DNA from: Planctomycetota bacterium
Lineage (GTDB): Bacteria > Planctomycetota > JAJSAM01 > JAJVHW01
NCBI GenBank assembly: GCA_021776825.1
Contig: JAJFFG010000037.1
Location: forward strand, 2,437-66,436
Direction: 5' to 3'
Length of the DNA stretch: 64,000 nucleotides
The position numbers and the translations under genes are program-made. Below, in pieces: positions 18,056 to 26,997 of the stretch. The notes under the pieces are model-generated. The model was not told the DNA's origin and did no database searches. It was given only the letters and a program-made list of their open reading frames with translations. Position 1 is the first letter of the stretch. Every line of letters begins with the position of its first letter.

Positions 18056-19071
18056 CCGGTCGATGCCGTGGCGTCGCGAAACAGTCCGTCGCGCAGGTCC
18101 GGTGAGCGCCGTGCCTCGATCACGTAGCGACGCATCCGATCGGGATTGAGTGGTCGCGGGCCGTCGCCCGTGGGCGTCGTCCACGCGGCCGCAGCCTGCG
18201 CTCCGACGACATCGTCCGCGCCGGCACTCAGCAGGAGCGCCGCCAGTTTGTGCCCGATGACGTGCGCATCGATCGTCACATGCGAGATGGTGTGGCCCAG
18301 CGCCAACCGCGTGAGTGCGCACGCCAGCGTGTCCTCGGTCCCTGCTGGTCCGTGGAGTGGGCTCGCGCCCTCGGTCCGGTCGGGGAGCACGACCGCCGAC
18401 AGGAATCCGCCGCCGTTCTCGTCGAGCTCACGGATCGCATCGAGCCGCCCGAGGAACGCTTCGTCAACGCCACCCTTGCTGTAGCCGACCGGCGCCACGG
18501 TCTTCATCCGCGCGTCGTGCGCGTGTTCGTGGACGCGCAGCGCCGCACCGTCGGTCCCGTCGCCGGGCGCCCAGTCCAGCGTGTCCAGGCCGACCCGCGC
18601 CAGTTCGGTGACGACGTCGCCGAGACTCGCGCCGTCCGTGATCGAGAGCTCCTCGACCTGACTCGGCGAGAACGCGCGCAGCGGCACGTCGGGCCGCGCC
18701 GACTTGACCGAGCGGATCATCTCGAGGGCGAGCCCCAGCGGCAGGTCCGATGGCAGCGCGCCGACCAGCTGTGTCTCCGTGGCGGGCACGCCCGCGAGCC
18801 GATCGATGGGATGCGAGACGAACATCGCGCTCTCGGCGACGAACGGGATGCTCGGGGCGCGCACGCGCAGCGTCCACGGGTGCGTCACGACGACGCCGGC
18901 CGCCTGTTCCCTGCGCGCGTCGGCGAGTGCCGCCGCCGCGAGCGGATGGCCGCACGTGCGGACGCGCTCGAGGTCGCTCCGCGCGATGCGTGCGCCGCGG
19001 CGCGCAGCGATCCAGAGGTCGCCCAGACCGGCGGCGTCGACGATGCGCTTCAACAGGCTCTCGCGGCTCAA
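18052..19071 (-). CDS. CofH/MqnC/MqnE-family paralog lacking the radical-SAM CxxxCxxC motif
   Basis: C-terminal half aligns by eye with the adjacent radical-SAM protein (EDTLACALTRLALGHTISHVTIDAHVIGHKLAALLLSAGADDVVG vs EYLRTVALSRLYLQNVANMQSSWVTMGPKIGQMALWFGCNDMGS). The N-terminal region has a single Cys. Confidence 0.5.
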   Translation of the reverse strand: MSRESLLKRIVDAAGLGDLWIAARRGARIARSDLERVRTCGHPLAAAALADARREQAAGVVVTHPWTLRVRAPSIPFVAESAMFVSHPIDRLAGVPATETQLVGALPSDLPLGLALEMIRSVKSARPDVPLRAFSPSQVEELSITDGASLGDVVTELARVGLDTLDWAPGDGTDGAALRVHEHAHDARMKTVAPVGYSKGGVDEAFLGRLDAIRELDENGGGFLSAVVLPDRTEGASPLHGPAGTEDTLACALTRLALGHTISHVTIDAHVIGHKLAALLLSAGADDVVGAQAAAAWTTPTGDGPRPLNPDRMRRYVIEARRSPDLRDGLFRDATASTG

Positions 19072-19092
19072 GTCGTCCTCCGGCTGAACGTT

Positions 19093-20301
19093 CTACTCAC
19101 GACCGGAGACGGTCGCAGGCACCTGATCGAAGGCCTCGGCGGGCAGCGCCAGGTTGCGTGGGTTCTCGCCGCAGACCTCGCGCATGCGCTCGGGCGTGTC
19201 GAGGAACCGGGCGTCCACCGGCTCGTAGAAGAAGTTGCGCTGCTGCGCGCGGAACCCGGCGGCCTCGATGACGCTGCAGATCTCGGGCGAGAGCATGCGG
19301 TAGGCGACACCGGCCGACGAGACGACGTTCTCCTCGATCATCGTCGAGCCCATGTCGTTGCAGCCGAACCAGAGCGCCATCTGGCCGATCTTCGGTCCCA
19401 TCGTGACCCACGAGCTCTGCATGTTGGCGACGTTCTGCAGGTAGAGCCGCGAGAGCGCCACCGTGCGCAGGTACTCGGCGCCGCCCTTCGGCTCGTCGGC
19501 CTTCAGTACGTGCGTCGGCTGGAACAGCCACGAGATGTAGGCTGTGAAGCCGGCGTCCGTCGACCCGGCGTTCTCGTGCGCCAGGTCCTGCGTCTGCCGC
19601 AGGAACTCGAGGTGCTGGATGCGATCGATCGGCCGCTCGCGGTGACCGAGCATCATCGTCGCCGTGGTGCGCAGCCCCAGCGCGTGCGCCTCGCGGTGCA
19701 CCTCGAGCCACTGGTCGGTCGTGCACTTCAGCGGCGAGATCGCGTCGCGCGCGTAGTCGGTCAGGACCTCCGCGCCGCCGCCCGGGATCGAGTCGAGACC
19801 CGCCTCGTGCAGTCGCGCGATCGTGTCGCGGACGGAGATCCCCGAGACCTGCGCGATCTTGTGGATCTCGGGCGACGAGAGCGCGTGCACGTGGATGTCG
19901 AACGACTTGCAGTACGCGATCAGGTCGGCGTACCACTCGACGTCCCACTCCGGGTGCGTGCCGCCCTGCATGAGGATCTGCTCGCCGCCGAGCGCCTTCG
20001 TCTCGAGGATCTTCTTCCGCAGTGCCGCGCGGGAGAGGACATAGCCGTTCTTGGACCCGGGCGCGGCGTAGAAACTGCAGAAGTTGCAGTAGGAGTCGCA
20101 CACGTTCGAGTAGTTGACGTTGCGATCGACGATGTACGTCACGACCCGTTCGGGGTGCAGACGCATCCGCACCTCGTGCGCCGCGGCGCCGAGCGAGAGC
20201 AGGTCCGCCTCGTCGTGGAGGTAGAGACCCTCGTCGGGCGTCAGGCGACCACCGTCGATGGCCTTCGCCAGCAGGTCCTCGGTGCGTGCAGGATCACTCA
20301 T
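19093..20301 (-). CDS. Radical SAM menaquinone (futalosine pathway) enzyme, MqnC/MqnE family
   Basis: CDSYCNFC radical-SAM motif and the CofH/MqnC-like C-terminal domain (GGTHPEWDVEWY, MIEENVVSSAG). MqnC versus MqnE cannot be resolved by eye. Confidence 0.8.
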   Translation of the reverse strand: MSDPARTEDLLAKAIDGGRLTPDEGLYLHDEADLLSLGAAAHEVRMRLHPERVVTYIVDRNVNYSNVCDSYCNFCSFYAAPGSKNGYVLSRAALRKKILETKALGGEQILMQGGTHPEWDVEWYADLIAYCKSFDIHVHALSSPEIHKIAQVSGISVRDTIARLHEAGLDSIPGGGAEVLTDYARDAISPLKCTTDQWLEVHREAHALGLRTTATMMLGHRERPIDRIQHLEFLRQTQDLAHENAGSTDAGFTAYISWLFQPTHVLKADEPKGGAEYLRTVALSRLYLQNVANMQSSWVTMGPKIGQMALWFGCNDMGSTMIEENVVSSAGVAYRMLSPEICSVIEAAGFRAQQRNFFYEPVDARFLDTPERMREVCGENPRNLALPAEAFDQVPATVSGRE

Positions 20302-20332
20302 CGTGGGTCGAGGAGGATAGCCGTGACGGCCC

Positions 20333-20698
20333 TCAGAGCCTCCGGCTCTCCGGCCGCAGCCACCAACTCGCGAGCGTGATGACGAGCACGATCACCGGCG
20401 CCGGGAGCTCCGCCGTGTCGCCGATGGCCAGATGCGAGAAGAAGGCGCCGACGACGTCGATCACGAATCCGGCGTAGGCCCACTCCTTGAGACGCCGGAA
20501 CCCGGGTGCGAGCACCGCGGCGAGCCCGAGCAGTTTCGCGATGCCCAGGATCGTGAGCAGATACTCGGGATAGCCCAACTTCGCGAATGCGACTCGCACG
20601 TCGTCGCCGCGCCAGAGGTCCATCACTCCGCAGTAGCCCATGGCGACCACGAGCAACGCCGTCGCGATCCAGTACCCGATCGTCTTCCGATCCATCAC
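20333..20698 (-). CDS. DoxX-family membrane protein
   Basis: 121 aa, 4 TM helices, MDRKTIGYWIATALLVVAMGYCGVMDL...GIAKLLGLAAVLAPGF typical of DoxX. Confidence 0.65.
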   Translation of the reverse strand: MMDRKTIGYWIATALLVVAMGYCGVMDLWRGDDVRVAFAKLGYPEYLLTILGIAKLLGLAAVLAPGFRRLKEWAYAGFVIDVVGAFFSHLAIGDTAELPAPVIVLVITLASWWLRPESRRL

Positions 20699-20709
20699 GT
20701 CTCCCTCGC

Positions 20710-22545
20710 TCAGACCGTCTCGGCCAGCGCCGGCTCACGCCAGACGCCGTGCTCCCTCAGCAGCTCGACGAGCCGATCGTCCGCCTCTGCCTCGGGCACC
20801 GCGCGACGCACGATCTCCTGCCCGACGTACAGATTGACGAGCCCCGGGGCACTGCCGACATAGCCGAAGTCGGCGTCGGCCATCTCTCCGGGTCCGTTCA
20901 CGATGCAGCCCATCACGGCGATCTTCACGCCCGGCAGGTGCCCCGTGCGCGCCTTGATCCGCTGCGTGGTCGTCTCGAGGTCGAACAGCGTGCGACCGCA
21001 GCCCGGGCACGCGATGTACTCCGTCCGCGAGGAGCGCAGCCGCGCCGACTGGAGCACCGAGAGGCAGAGATGCAGTAGCAGCTCCGGCTCGTGGGGGCCC
21101 GCGAGCCGGATCGCGTCGCCGATGCCGTCAGCCAGCAGCGGACCGGCGATCCCAGCGGCTTCGAGCAGGGCGTCGTCGGCGTCCGCCGGCAGATCCACGT
21201 GCAGGATCAGCGGTGCCCTCGGCTCGCTGGCCGCGAGTCGTCGCTGTGCCGCCACGCCGGCTTCGCGCAGCGAGAGGGCGTCGGTGCCGCCGCACGACTC
21301 CCGGCGCGGACCGTCCGACGGCTCGTCCACCACGATCGCGAGACCTGGCACGGCCGCACGCAGCGCGGGAACTCGGTCTGCCTCGTCGGACGGCACGAGC
21401 ACTCCCTCGAGCGCCGGAAGACCGGGCTCTGCGGGCGTCGCCAGGCGAGCGAGCCGACCGTGGGCATCGTCCCGATCGAGGAACCCCTCGCGCAGCCCGA
21501 CCAGGGCCAGGACCGGGGCACTGCCACCGAGCCGATGCACGCCGAAGCCGGTCTCGTGGGACGCGCGGCGTGCGTACACGTACGGATCGAACGCCAGCTC
21601 CGCATTCGCGAACGTCGCGTCGGTCGCGAGGGGCAGCGGCCCCGTGAGGCGCACGAGAGCGCGGGCAACCGGGATCTCACGTACGGGGGACTCGGTGAGG
21701 GAGACGCGAATGGTGTCGCCGAGACCGTCGCGCAGGAGCGACGCGATGCCGATCGCGCTCTTGATGCGCCCGTCCTCGCCCTCGCCTGCTTCCGTCACGC
21801 CGAGGTGGAACGGATGGTCCCAGCCGCGCTCGGCCAGCCGCGCCGAGAGCAGACGGTAGGCCTGGATCATGACCTGCGGATTGCTGGCCTTCATCGAGAG
21901 CACGACGTCGCGATGGCCCTCCGCCTCGCAGACCTCGAGGAACTCGAGCGCCGACTCAACCATGCCCAGCGGCGTGTCGCCGAAGCGGTTCATGATTCGA
22001 TCGCTGAGCGAGCCGTGGTTCGTGCCGACGCGGATCGCGACGCCGCCCTTCCGCGCCGCGACGACCAGCGGCCGGAATCGGTCCTGGACCCGCTCGATCT
22101 CGGCGACGTACTCCGCGTCGGTGTACTCGCGCCGGCGGAAGTGCTTCGAATCGACGTAGTTGCCCGGGTTGACGCGCACCTTCTCGACGTGCTTCACGGC
22201 TTCCATCGCGGCGGCCGGGGTGAAGTGGATGTCGGCGCAGAGCGGGACGGTCACGCCCGCCGCGCGGATCTGCGCGCGAATCTCGGCGAGCGCGGCCGCG
22301 GCCTTCACGGTGGGGGCGGTAATCCGCACGAGGTCCGAACCCGCCTCGGCTAGGGCGAGGGACTGGGCGACCGTCCCCGCGACATCGAGCGTGTCCGTCG
22401 TCGTCATCGACTGGACGGCGATGGGTCGATCGCCCCCGATCTCCAGGTCGCCCATGCGGATCACGCGGGCGCGTCGGCGGCGGGGCTGGAGCGGATCGGG
22501 ACAGTACGAGGCGGTCACGGGGAGAGCGTATCGCGGCGCGCTCAC
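20710..22545 (-). CDS. ispG: 4-hydroxy-3-methylbut-2-enyl diphosphate synthase IspG/GcpE, long form with large internal insertion
   Basis: N-terminal TIM-barrel part RRRARVIRMGDLEIGGDRPIAVQSMTTTDT. C-terminal 4Fe-4S part YIACPGCGRTLFDL...IAVMGCIVNGPGE. ~250-aa insertion between them. GTG start overlaps the upstream stop (GTGA). Confidence 0.9.
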   Translation of the reverse strand: MSAPRYALPVTASYCPDPLQPRRRRARVIRMGDLEIGGDRPIAVQSMTTTDTLDVAGTVAQSLALAEAGSDLVRITAPTVKAAAALAEIRAQIRAAGVTVPLCADIHFTPAAAMEAVKHVEKVRVNPGNYVDSKHFRRREYTDAEYVAEIERVQDRFRPLVVAARKGGVAIRVGTNHGSLSDRIMNRFGDTPLGMVESALEFLEVCEAEGHRDVVLSMKASNPQVMIQAYRLLSARLAERGWDHPFHLGVTEAGEGEDGRIKSAIGIASLLRDGLGDTIRVSLTESPVREIPVARALVRLTGPLPLATDATFANAELAFDPYVYARRASHETGFGVHRLGGSAPVLALVGLREGFLDRDDAHGRLARLATPAEPGLPALEGVLVPSDEADRVPALRAAVPGLAIVVDEPSDGPRRESCGGTDALSLREAGVAAQRRLAASEPRAPLILHVDLPADADDALLEAAGIAGPLLADGIGDAIRLAGPHEPELLLHLCLSVLQSARLRSSRTEYIACPGCGRTLFDLETTTQRIKARTGHLPGVKIAVMGCIVNGPGEMADADFGYVGSAPGLVNLYVGQEIVRRAVPEAEADDRLVELLREHGVWREPALAETV

Positions 22546-24077
22546 TCCGGCATGGGGATCACGACGCGGGCCGCCGCGCGCTTCTCGCGACCCTCGTGAG
22601 AGCGCGCGAGCGCGAGGCCCTTCTTCCCGAAGGAGCCGTAGCTCGCGCCGCGCACGCCATGCGGGTCATCCCGATTGCCGGCGCGCGGCGACCCGTCCTG
22701 AGGCGTCTCGTCGTAGCGGTGCACGACGCGATCCGCCACCCACTCCTTCTCGTTCCCGATCATGTCGTAGAGGCCCCACGGATTTGGCTTCAGCTGGCCG
22801 ACGGGGCGGCACCACGTGTTCGCCGGCGTCTCGGTGGAGTCGAGCGGCAGCGGAGTCGCGCCACTGTTCATGGAGAGCCACTCGTACTCGTACATCGGCT
22901 CGAGGTCGTTGCCCCAGTACCAGGTCGTCGTGGTGCCGGCGCGACACGCGTACTCCCACTGTGATTCAGACGGAAGCTGGCCGCCGATCCAGCGGCTGAA
23001 GCCGGCCGCGGTGTCCCACGGCGTGCGCAGAGGGTCTCGAGGATCAGCCGGCGGTTTGGTGCGGGGCGCCGAGCGCGGCGGAGGCTCTCGCAACCCGACA
23101 GCAGCGGGGCCGAAGCGCTCTGTCCAGGCGTTGAAGCGCCGCATGTCGTCACGTGTCGACTCGTGGCGCGCCATGAGGAAGGCGGCGTGCTTGACGCGGA
23201 TGACGGGCCTGGCGTCGAGCCGCGTCGGGGTGTTCTCGAGCGACATGCCGCCCAGGTCGAACGAGCCGGCGGGAATCGCCGCGAACGCGAGCTTCGGGAA
23301 CCAGCGCGCGGTCGCGAGGGCGTCGAGCAGCGCTCGCTCGTCGTCCGACGTCTCCGTCGCCGTTGAGTCGTCGGCGGTCACCTCGATGGTCTCGCCCGCC
23401 TCGATCTCCACGTCACCGACCACGACGGTGCCGTCGGAGACCGCCACGCGCGTCGACGCTCCCACCGACACCACGAAGGTCGTCCCACGGACGCCCATCG
23501 AGGCCTGCGGCGTCTCGACGCGGAACTCGGCCTCGGCGGGCAGATCCTCGAGCTTGACGCCGGCACGCCCCCGCAGGACGCTCATCGTGGCCGTCTTCGT
23601 CGCCTGGAAGCCGACCTCGCTCTCGGCCCCGACGTGGACGACGCCCCAGCCGACGTCCAGCTCGACCTTCGACTCCGGTCCCGTCTTGACCCGGTCGCCG
23701 GGCAAGAGCCTCAGCGGGAACTCGATCTCCCCCGTGGAACCGTCATCGGCGAACCGGATGCGCTTCCACGTCTTGCCCTTGTCCGTGCTGCGCGAGACCT
23801 CACCCGTCAGGCCATAGACGCGCACGACGTCCAGACGCATCACGGGATCGCTCTTCTTCGCCTTGAGGTGCTTCTTCAGCCGGCTCTTTGCGAAGTCGAC
23901 GGTGCCGAACGTCGTCCGAATGGACAGCCAGGGCTGCTCCTTCTCGTCCTCGTACTCGCGATCGACGTAGCCGTAGAAGCGGCCGCCGCCCTTGATGAGG
24001 AACGTGTCGGCGCGGGCCGAAGCCGCAGCCAGCAGCGCCACGGTCGCCGCGATGAGCCACACGACGCGGTTCGACAT
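22542..24077 (-). CDS. Secreted FecR-domain + formylglycine-generating-enzyme (FGE-sulfatase/SUMF1) domain protein
   Basis: Signal peptide MSNRVVWLIAATVALLAAASARA with GGGAGG SD. FecR-like beta region. C-terminal WEYACRAGTTTTWYWGND...NPWGLYDMIGNEKEWVADR is the FGE-sulfatase signature. Confidence 0.7.
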   Translation of the reverse strand: MSNRVVWLIAATVALLAAASARADTFLIKGGGRFYGYVDREYEDEKEQPWLSIRTTFGTVDFAKSRLKKHLKAKKSDPVMRLDVVRVYGLTGEVSRSTDKGKTWKRIRFADDGSTGEIEFPLRLLPGDRVKTGPESKVELDVGWGVVHVGAESEVGFQATKTATMSVLRGRAGVKLEDLPAEAEFRVETPQASMGVRGTTFVVSVGASTRVAVSDGTVVVGDVEIEAGETIEVTADDSTATETSDDERALLDALATARWFPKLAFAAIPAGSFDLGGMSLENTPTRLDARPVIRVKHAAFLMARHESTRDDMRRFNAWTERFGPAAVGLREPPPRSAPRTKPPADPRDPLRTPWDTAAGFSRWIGGQLPSESQWEYACRAGTTTTWYWGNDLEPMYEYEWLSMNSGATPLPLDSTETPANTWCRPVGQLKPNPWGLYDMIGNEKEWVADRVVHRYDETPQDGSPRAGNRDDPHGVRGASYGSFGKKGLALARSHEGREKRAAARVVIPMPE

Positions 24078-24163
24078 GAGGTGCCTCCCGTGGACCACTA
24101 GTCTCGCATGCCCCTTGCGCATGTCCCTTGCGTGGGGGGCGAGGCGTGGCCGAACCTGGGCGG

Positions 24164-26125
24164 ATGGCCGAGAGCACGCAGGCGGAACAGCTCTGGCGGA
24201 AGCGCCGGACGGGTGTCTTGCTCGGGCTGCTCGGCTGGGCGGTGGGGGTGCTCCTCGGCGTCTCCGGGCTCTCCAAGTTCGTCGACGCCCCGATCTACGA
24301 CGCGTTCGCAAGGGCGAGTGACTCGATCCCGCAGGACGAGCGCGTCGGACTCGTCTACGTCGGTGACCGCGACGTGGCGCTCTATCGGGAGACGCAGGGG
24401 CGTTGGCCCTGGACCACCCGGCTGCCGCACGCGACGGCCGCCCAGGTCATGTACGAGGCCGGAGCGCTGACCGTCGGCTACGACATCATGTTCCCGGAGG
24501 GTGCGGACGAGGACTCCGACTTCGAGCTGATGGAGTCGATGGCGTTCTTCGACGCCGCAGTGCACGGCGTCCTGTTCCAGACCGCCGGCGGGACGCGCTG
24601 GTCGGACGTCGGCCTCACGGATCGGGCCCTGGAGGCCCTCGCGAACGAGGGCGCGACGTTCGGCACCGACCCCGACACGACCGGCTTGCTCGAGGGGCAC
24701 TCGCCGTCGATGCCGATCGACCTCTTCCTCGAGGGGTCCGAGGCGATGGGTCACCTGAACCCGACGCCCGACCACGACAACGCCATTCGTCGGGTGCCAC
24801 TCTTCGTCCGGAACGAGGGCCTCCTCTATCCCTCACTCGCGTTCCGCATGGCGATGGCCGCTCTCGGCGTCACGCACGAGCAGGTCACACTCGACCTCGA
24901 AGGGCGTGAGGTCCGGATCGAGGTGGCCGAAGGCGATGTGGTCCGAGTGCCGGTGGACCCGGACGGGACGATGTGGGTGCACTACGACCGGCCGATCGAG
25001 GAGCTGGAGGCGATCCTCTACAGCCGCCTCGACGACGCCGCCGCAGCCGGGAAACTCACGGGTCGCCACGTTGTGATCGGCGTCTCAGTGACCGGGTCCC
25101 GTGATGCCTGGCGCACACCGATGGGCGTCCAATGCCCGGGGTTTCTGATCCACGGACAGATCCTCGAGAACGTCCTCACGCGACGCTTCATGACGGCGAT
25201 CCAGCCCGATACCTACCCGACCGGATCGTCGGAGCTGCTCGTGCACGTCTGCGTGCTGCTCGGATGCGTCCTGCTCGGTGTGATTGCTGCGTCCGTCGAG
25301 CCACGTTTCGGGTGGAGCGCCACCCTCGTGCTCGGCGCCGGGCCCCTCGTGCTCGGTTACGTGCTCTTGACCCGCATGGACATCTGGCTGACCCCCGCGA
25401 CCTCGACGTTCGCGCTGTTCGGATCAGGATTCCTCGGCGTCGGCTACCACCAGATCATGCAGGCGCGCGAGCGCCGTCGCATCCGCGGGATCTATGAGCG
25501 CTACCTGTCGCCGCAGGTGCTGGCGCGCGTCATCGACGACCCGACGCTGATGCAGCTCGGCGGGGCCCGCAAGGAGCTGTCCGTGTTCTTCTCGGACATC
25601 CGCGGATTCACGTCGTTCTCCGAGTCCGTCGAGCCGGAGGAACTCACTGAGCGGCTGAACGAGTACTACACGGCGATGATCGACGTCGTCCACGCACACG
25701 AGGGCACGGTCGACAAACTCATCGGCGACAGCCTGATGGTCTTCTTCGGCGATCCCGTGCCGCAGGAGGACCACGCCCTGCGGTCGGTGCGCATGGCGCT
25801 CGACATGCGCGATCGCGTCGAGGAACTCACAACCGAGTGGATTGCGCGCGGTGTGCACCCCTTCGAGGTGGGCATCGGGATCGCGACCGGCCACGTCGCC
25901 GTTGGCAACCTCGGGTCGGAGAAGTTCATCGACTACACGGTCGTCGGGCAGGTCGTGAACCTGGCTGCCAGGCTCCAGGGCGGGGCGAAGCCACGAGAGA
26001 TCCTCGTGAGCGATCGCGTGCGTGAGCTCGTGGACCACGAGATCGAGACCGAACCGTTCGGGAGTCGCGAGTTCAAGGGCATCACCAGCGAGGTCGAAGT
26101 CTTCCGTGTGGTCGGTCCGCGTTAG
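24164..26125 (+). CDS. CHASE2 sensor domain-containing class III adenylate/guanylate cyclase
   Basis: N-terminal TM, periplasmic CHASE2-like region, 3 TM helices, then cyclase catalytic domain (LSVFFSDIRGFTSFSE...KLIGDSLMVFFGDP...GIATGHVAVGNLGS). Start could also be TTG 24128. Confidence 0.8.
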   Translation: MAESTQAEQLWRKRRTGVLLGLLGWAVGVLLGVSGLSKFVDAPIYDAFARASDSIPQDERVGLVYVGDRDVALYRETQGRWPWTTRLPHATAAQVMYEAGALTVGYDIMFPEGADEDSDFELMESMAFFDAAVHGVLFQTAGGTRWSDVGLTDRALEALANEGATFGTDPDTTGLLEGHSPSMPIDLFLEGSEAMGHLNPTPDHDNAIRRVPLFVRNEGLLYPSLAFRMAMAALGVTHEQVTLDLEGREVRIEVAEGDVVRVPVDPDGTMWVHYDRPIEELEAILYSRLDDAAAAGKLTGRHVVIGVSVTGSRDAWRTPMGVQCPGFLIHGQILENVLTRRFMTAIQPDTYPTGSSELLVHVCVLLGCVLLGVIAASVEPRFGWSATLVLGAGPLVLGYVLLTRMDIWLTPATSTFALFGSGFLGVGYHQIMQARERRRIRGIYERYLSPQVLARVIDDPTLMQLGGARKELSVFFSDIRGFTSFSESVEPEELTERLNEYYTAMIDVVHAHEGTVDKLIGDSLMVFFGDPVPQEDHALRSVRMALDMRDRVEELTTEWIARGVHPFEVGIGIATGHVAVGNLGSEKFIDYTVVGQVVNLAARLQGGAKPREILVSDRVRELVDHEIETEPFGSREFKGITSEVEVFRVVGPR

Positions 26126-26223
26126 GCCGGGGCGAACCAGGCTCGACGAGTGCGGTTCCCCCTTCCGACTGGTGGGAGACGCCGACTACAGTGGCGGCGG
26201 TCCGTAGCGGGAGGGTCAGCGAC

Positions 26224-26988
26224 ATGTTCAAGCGTCTCGGCAACCTCATCCGAGGCTTCTTCGCGCTCTTCGTGGGAGACCTCGAACGGCAGAACCCCGA
26301 GGCGCTCCTCGAGGTGGAGAAGGAGAACCTTCGGACCCAGATCGCGAAGTACAACCGCGGTCTCGCCGCCCACGCGGCGCTCTGCGAGCGGCTGATCGGT
26401 CAGGTGAAGAGGCAGGAGAAGGAGCACACGCAGCTCAAGGCCAAGATCACGGCCCACCTGCGTGCCGGCAACCAGGACGCCGCCGGTCAGTACGCGCTGC
26501 GCTTCCAGGAAGTCACGCGCGACCTCACCGAGAACCGCGCTCAGCTCGACGACGCAGAGAAGACCTACAAGGAACTGACCCGCGCTCGCGACACCGCGGT
26601 CGAAGCCGCGCGCGCCAAGCTCCAGTCGCTGAAGCAGTCGATCAGCGACATGAAGGTCAAGCAGGCCACTGCCGAACTGAATGAGATGGCCTCCGGCATG
26701 ATCTCCGAGATCGGGGGCGCCGGCGACACGCTCAACCGTCTAGAGGAGATGGTCAACGAGGAGCGGGATCGCGCCGCGGGCCGCGCCCGGGTCGCGAGCG
26801 ACGCCCTCGAGATGAAGGAGATCAACCTCCAGGAGGTGGAGCGGGACGCGATGGCGCAGATGGCGCTCGCGGACTTCGCCGCCGCCGAGGGCATCTCGCT
26901 GGGCGCCGACGACGCCGCTCCGGTTGCCGACGAGCCGGCGGCCGAGGACGGTGGCAAGTCGATGGGCCCCGTCGCCGGGACCGAGTAG
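26224..26988 (+). CDS. pspA: PspA/IM30 (Vipp1/ESCRT-III-superfamily) protein
   Basis: MFKRLGNLIRGFFALFVGDLER... coiled-coil protein with PspA-like heptad pattern and acidic C-terminus. Confidence 0.8.
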   Translation: MFKRLGNLIRGFFALFVGDLERQNPEALLEVEKENLRTQIAKYNRGLAAHAALCERLIGQVKRQEKEHTQLKAKITAHLRAGNQDAAGQYALRFQEVTRDLTENRAQLDDAEKTYKELTRARDTAVEAARAKLQSLKQSISDMKVKQATAELNEMASGMISEIGGAGDTLNRLEEMVNEERDRAAGRARVASDALEMKEINLQEVERDAMAQMALADFAAAEGISLGADDAAPVADEPAAEDGGKSMGPVAGTE

Positions 26989-26997
26989 CGCGAGATC

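Noticed and set aside
18250-20379. 709-aa plus-strand ORF spanning the moaD / mqn region
   Set aside because: Arg/Asp/Pro-rich low-complexity translation, antisense to four well-supported genes. Typical high-GC frame artefact.
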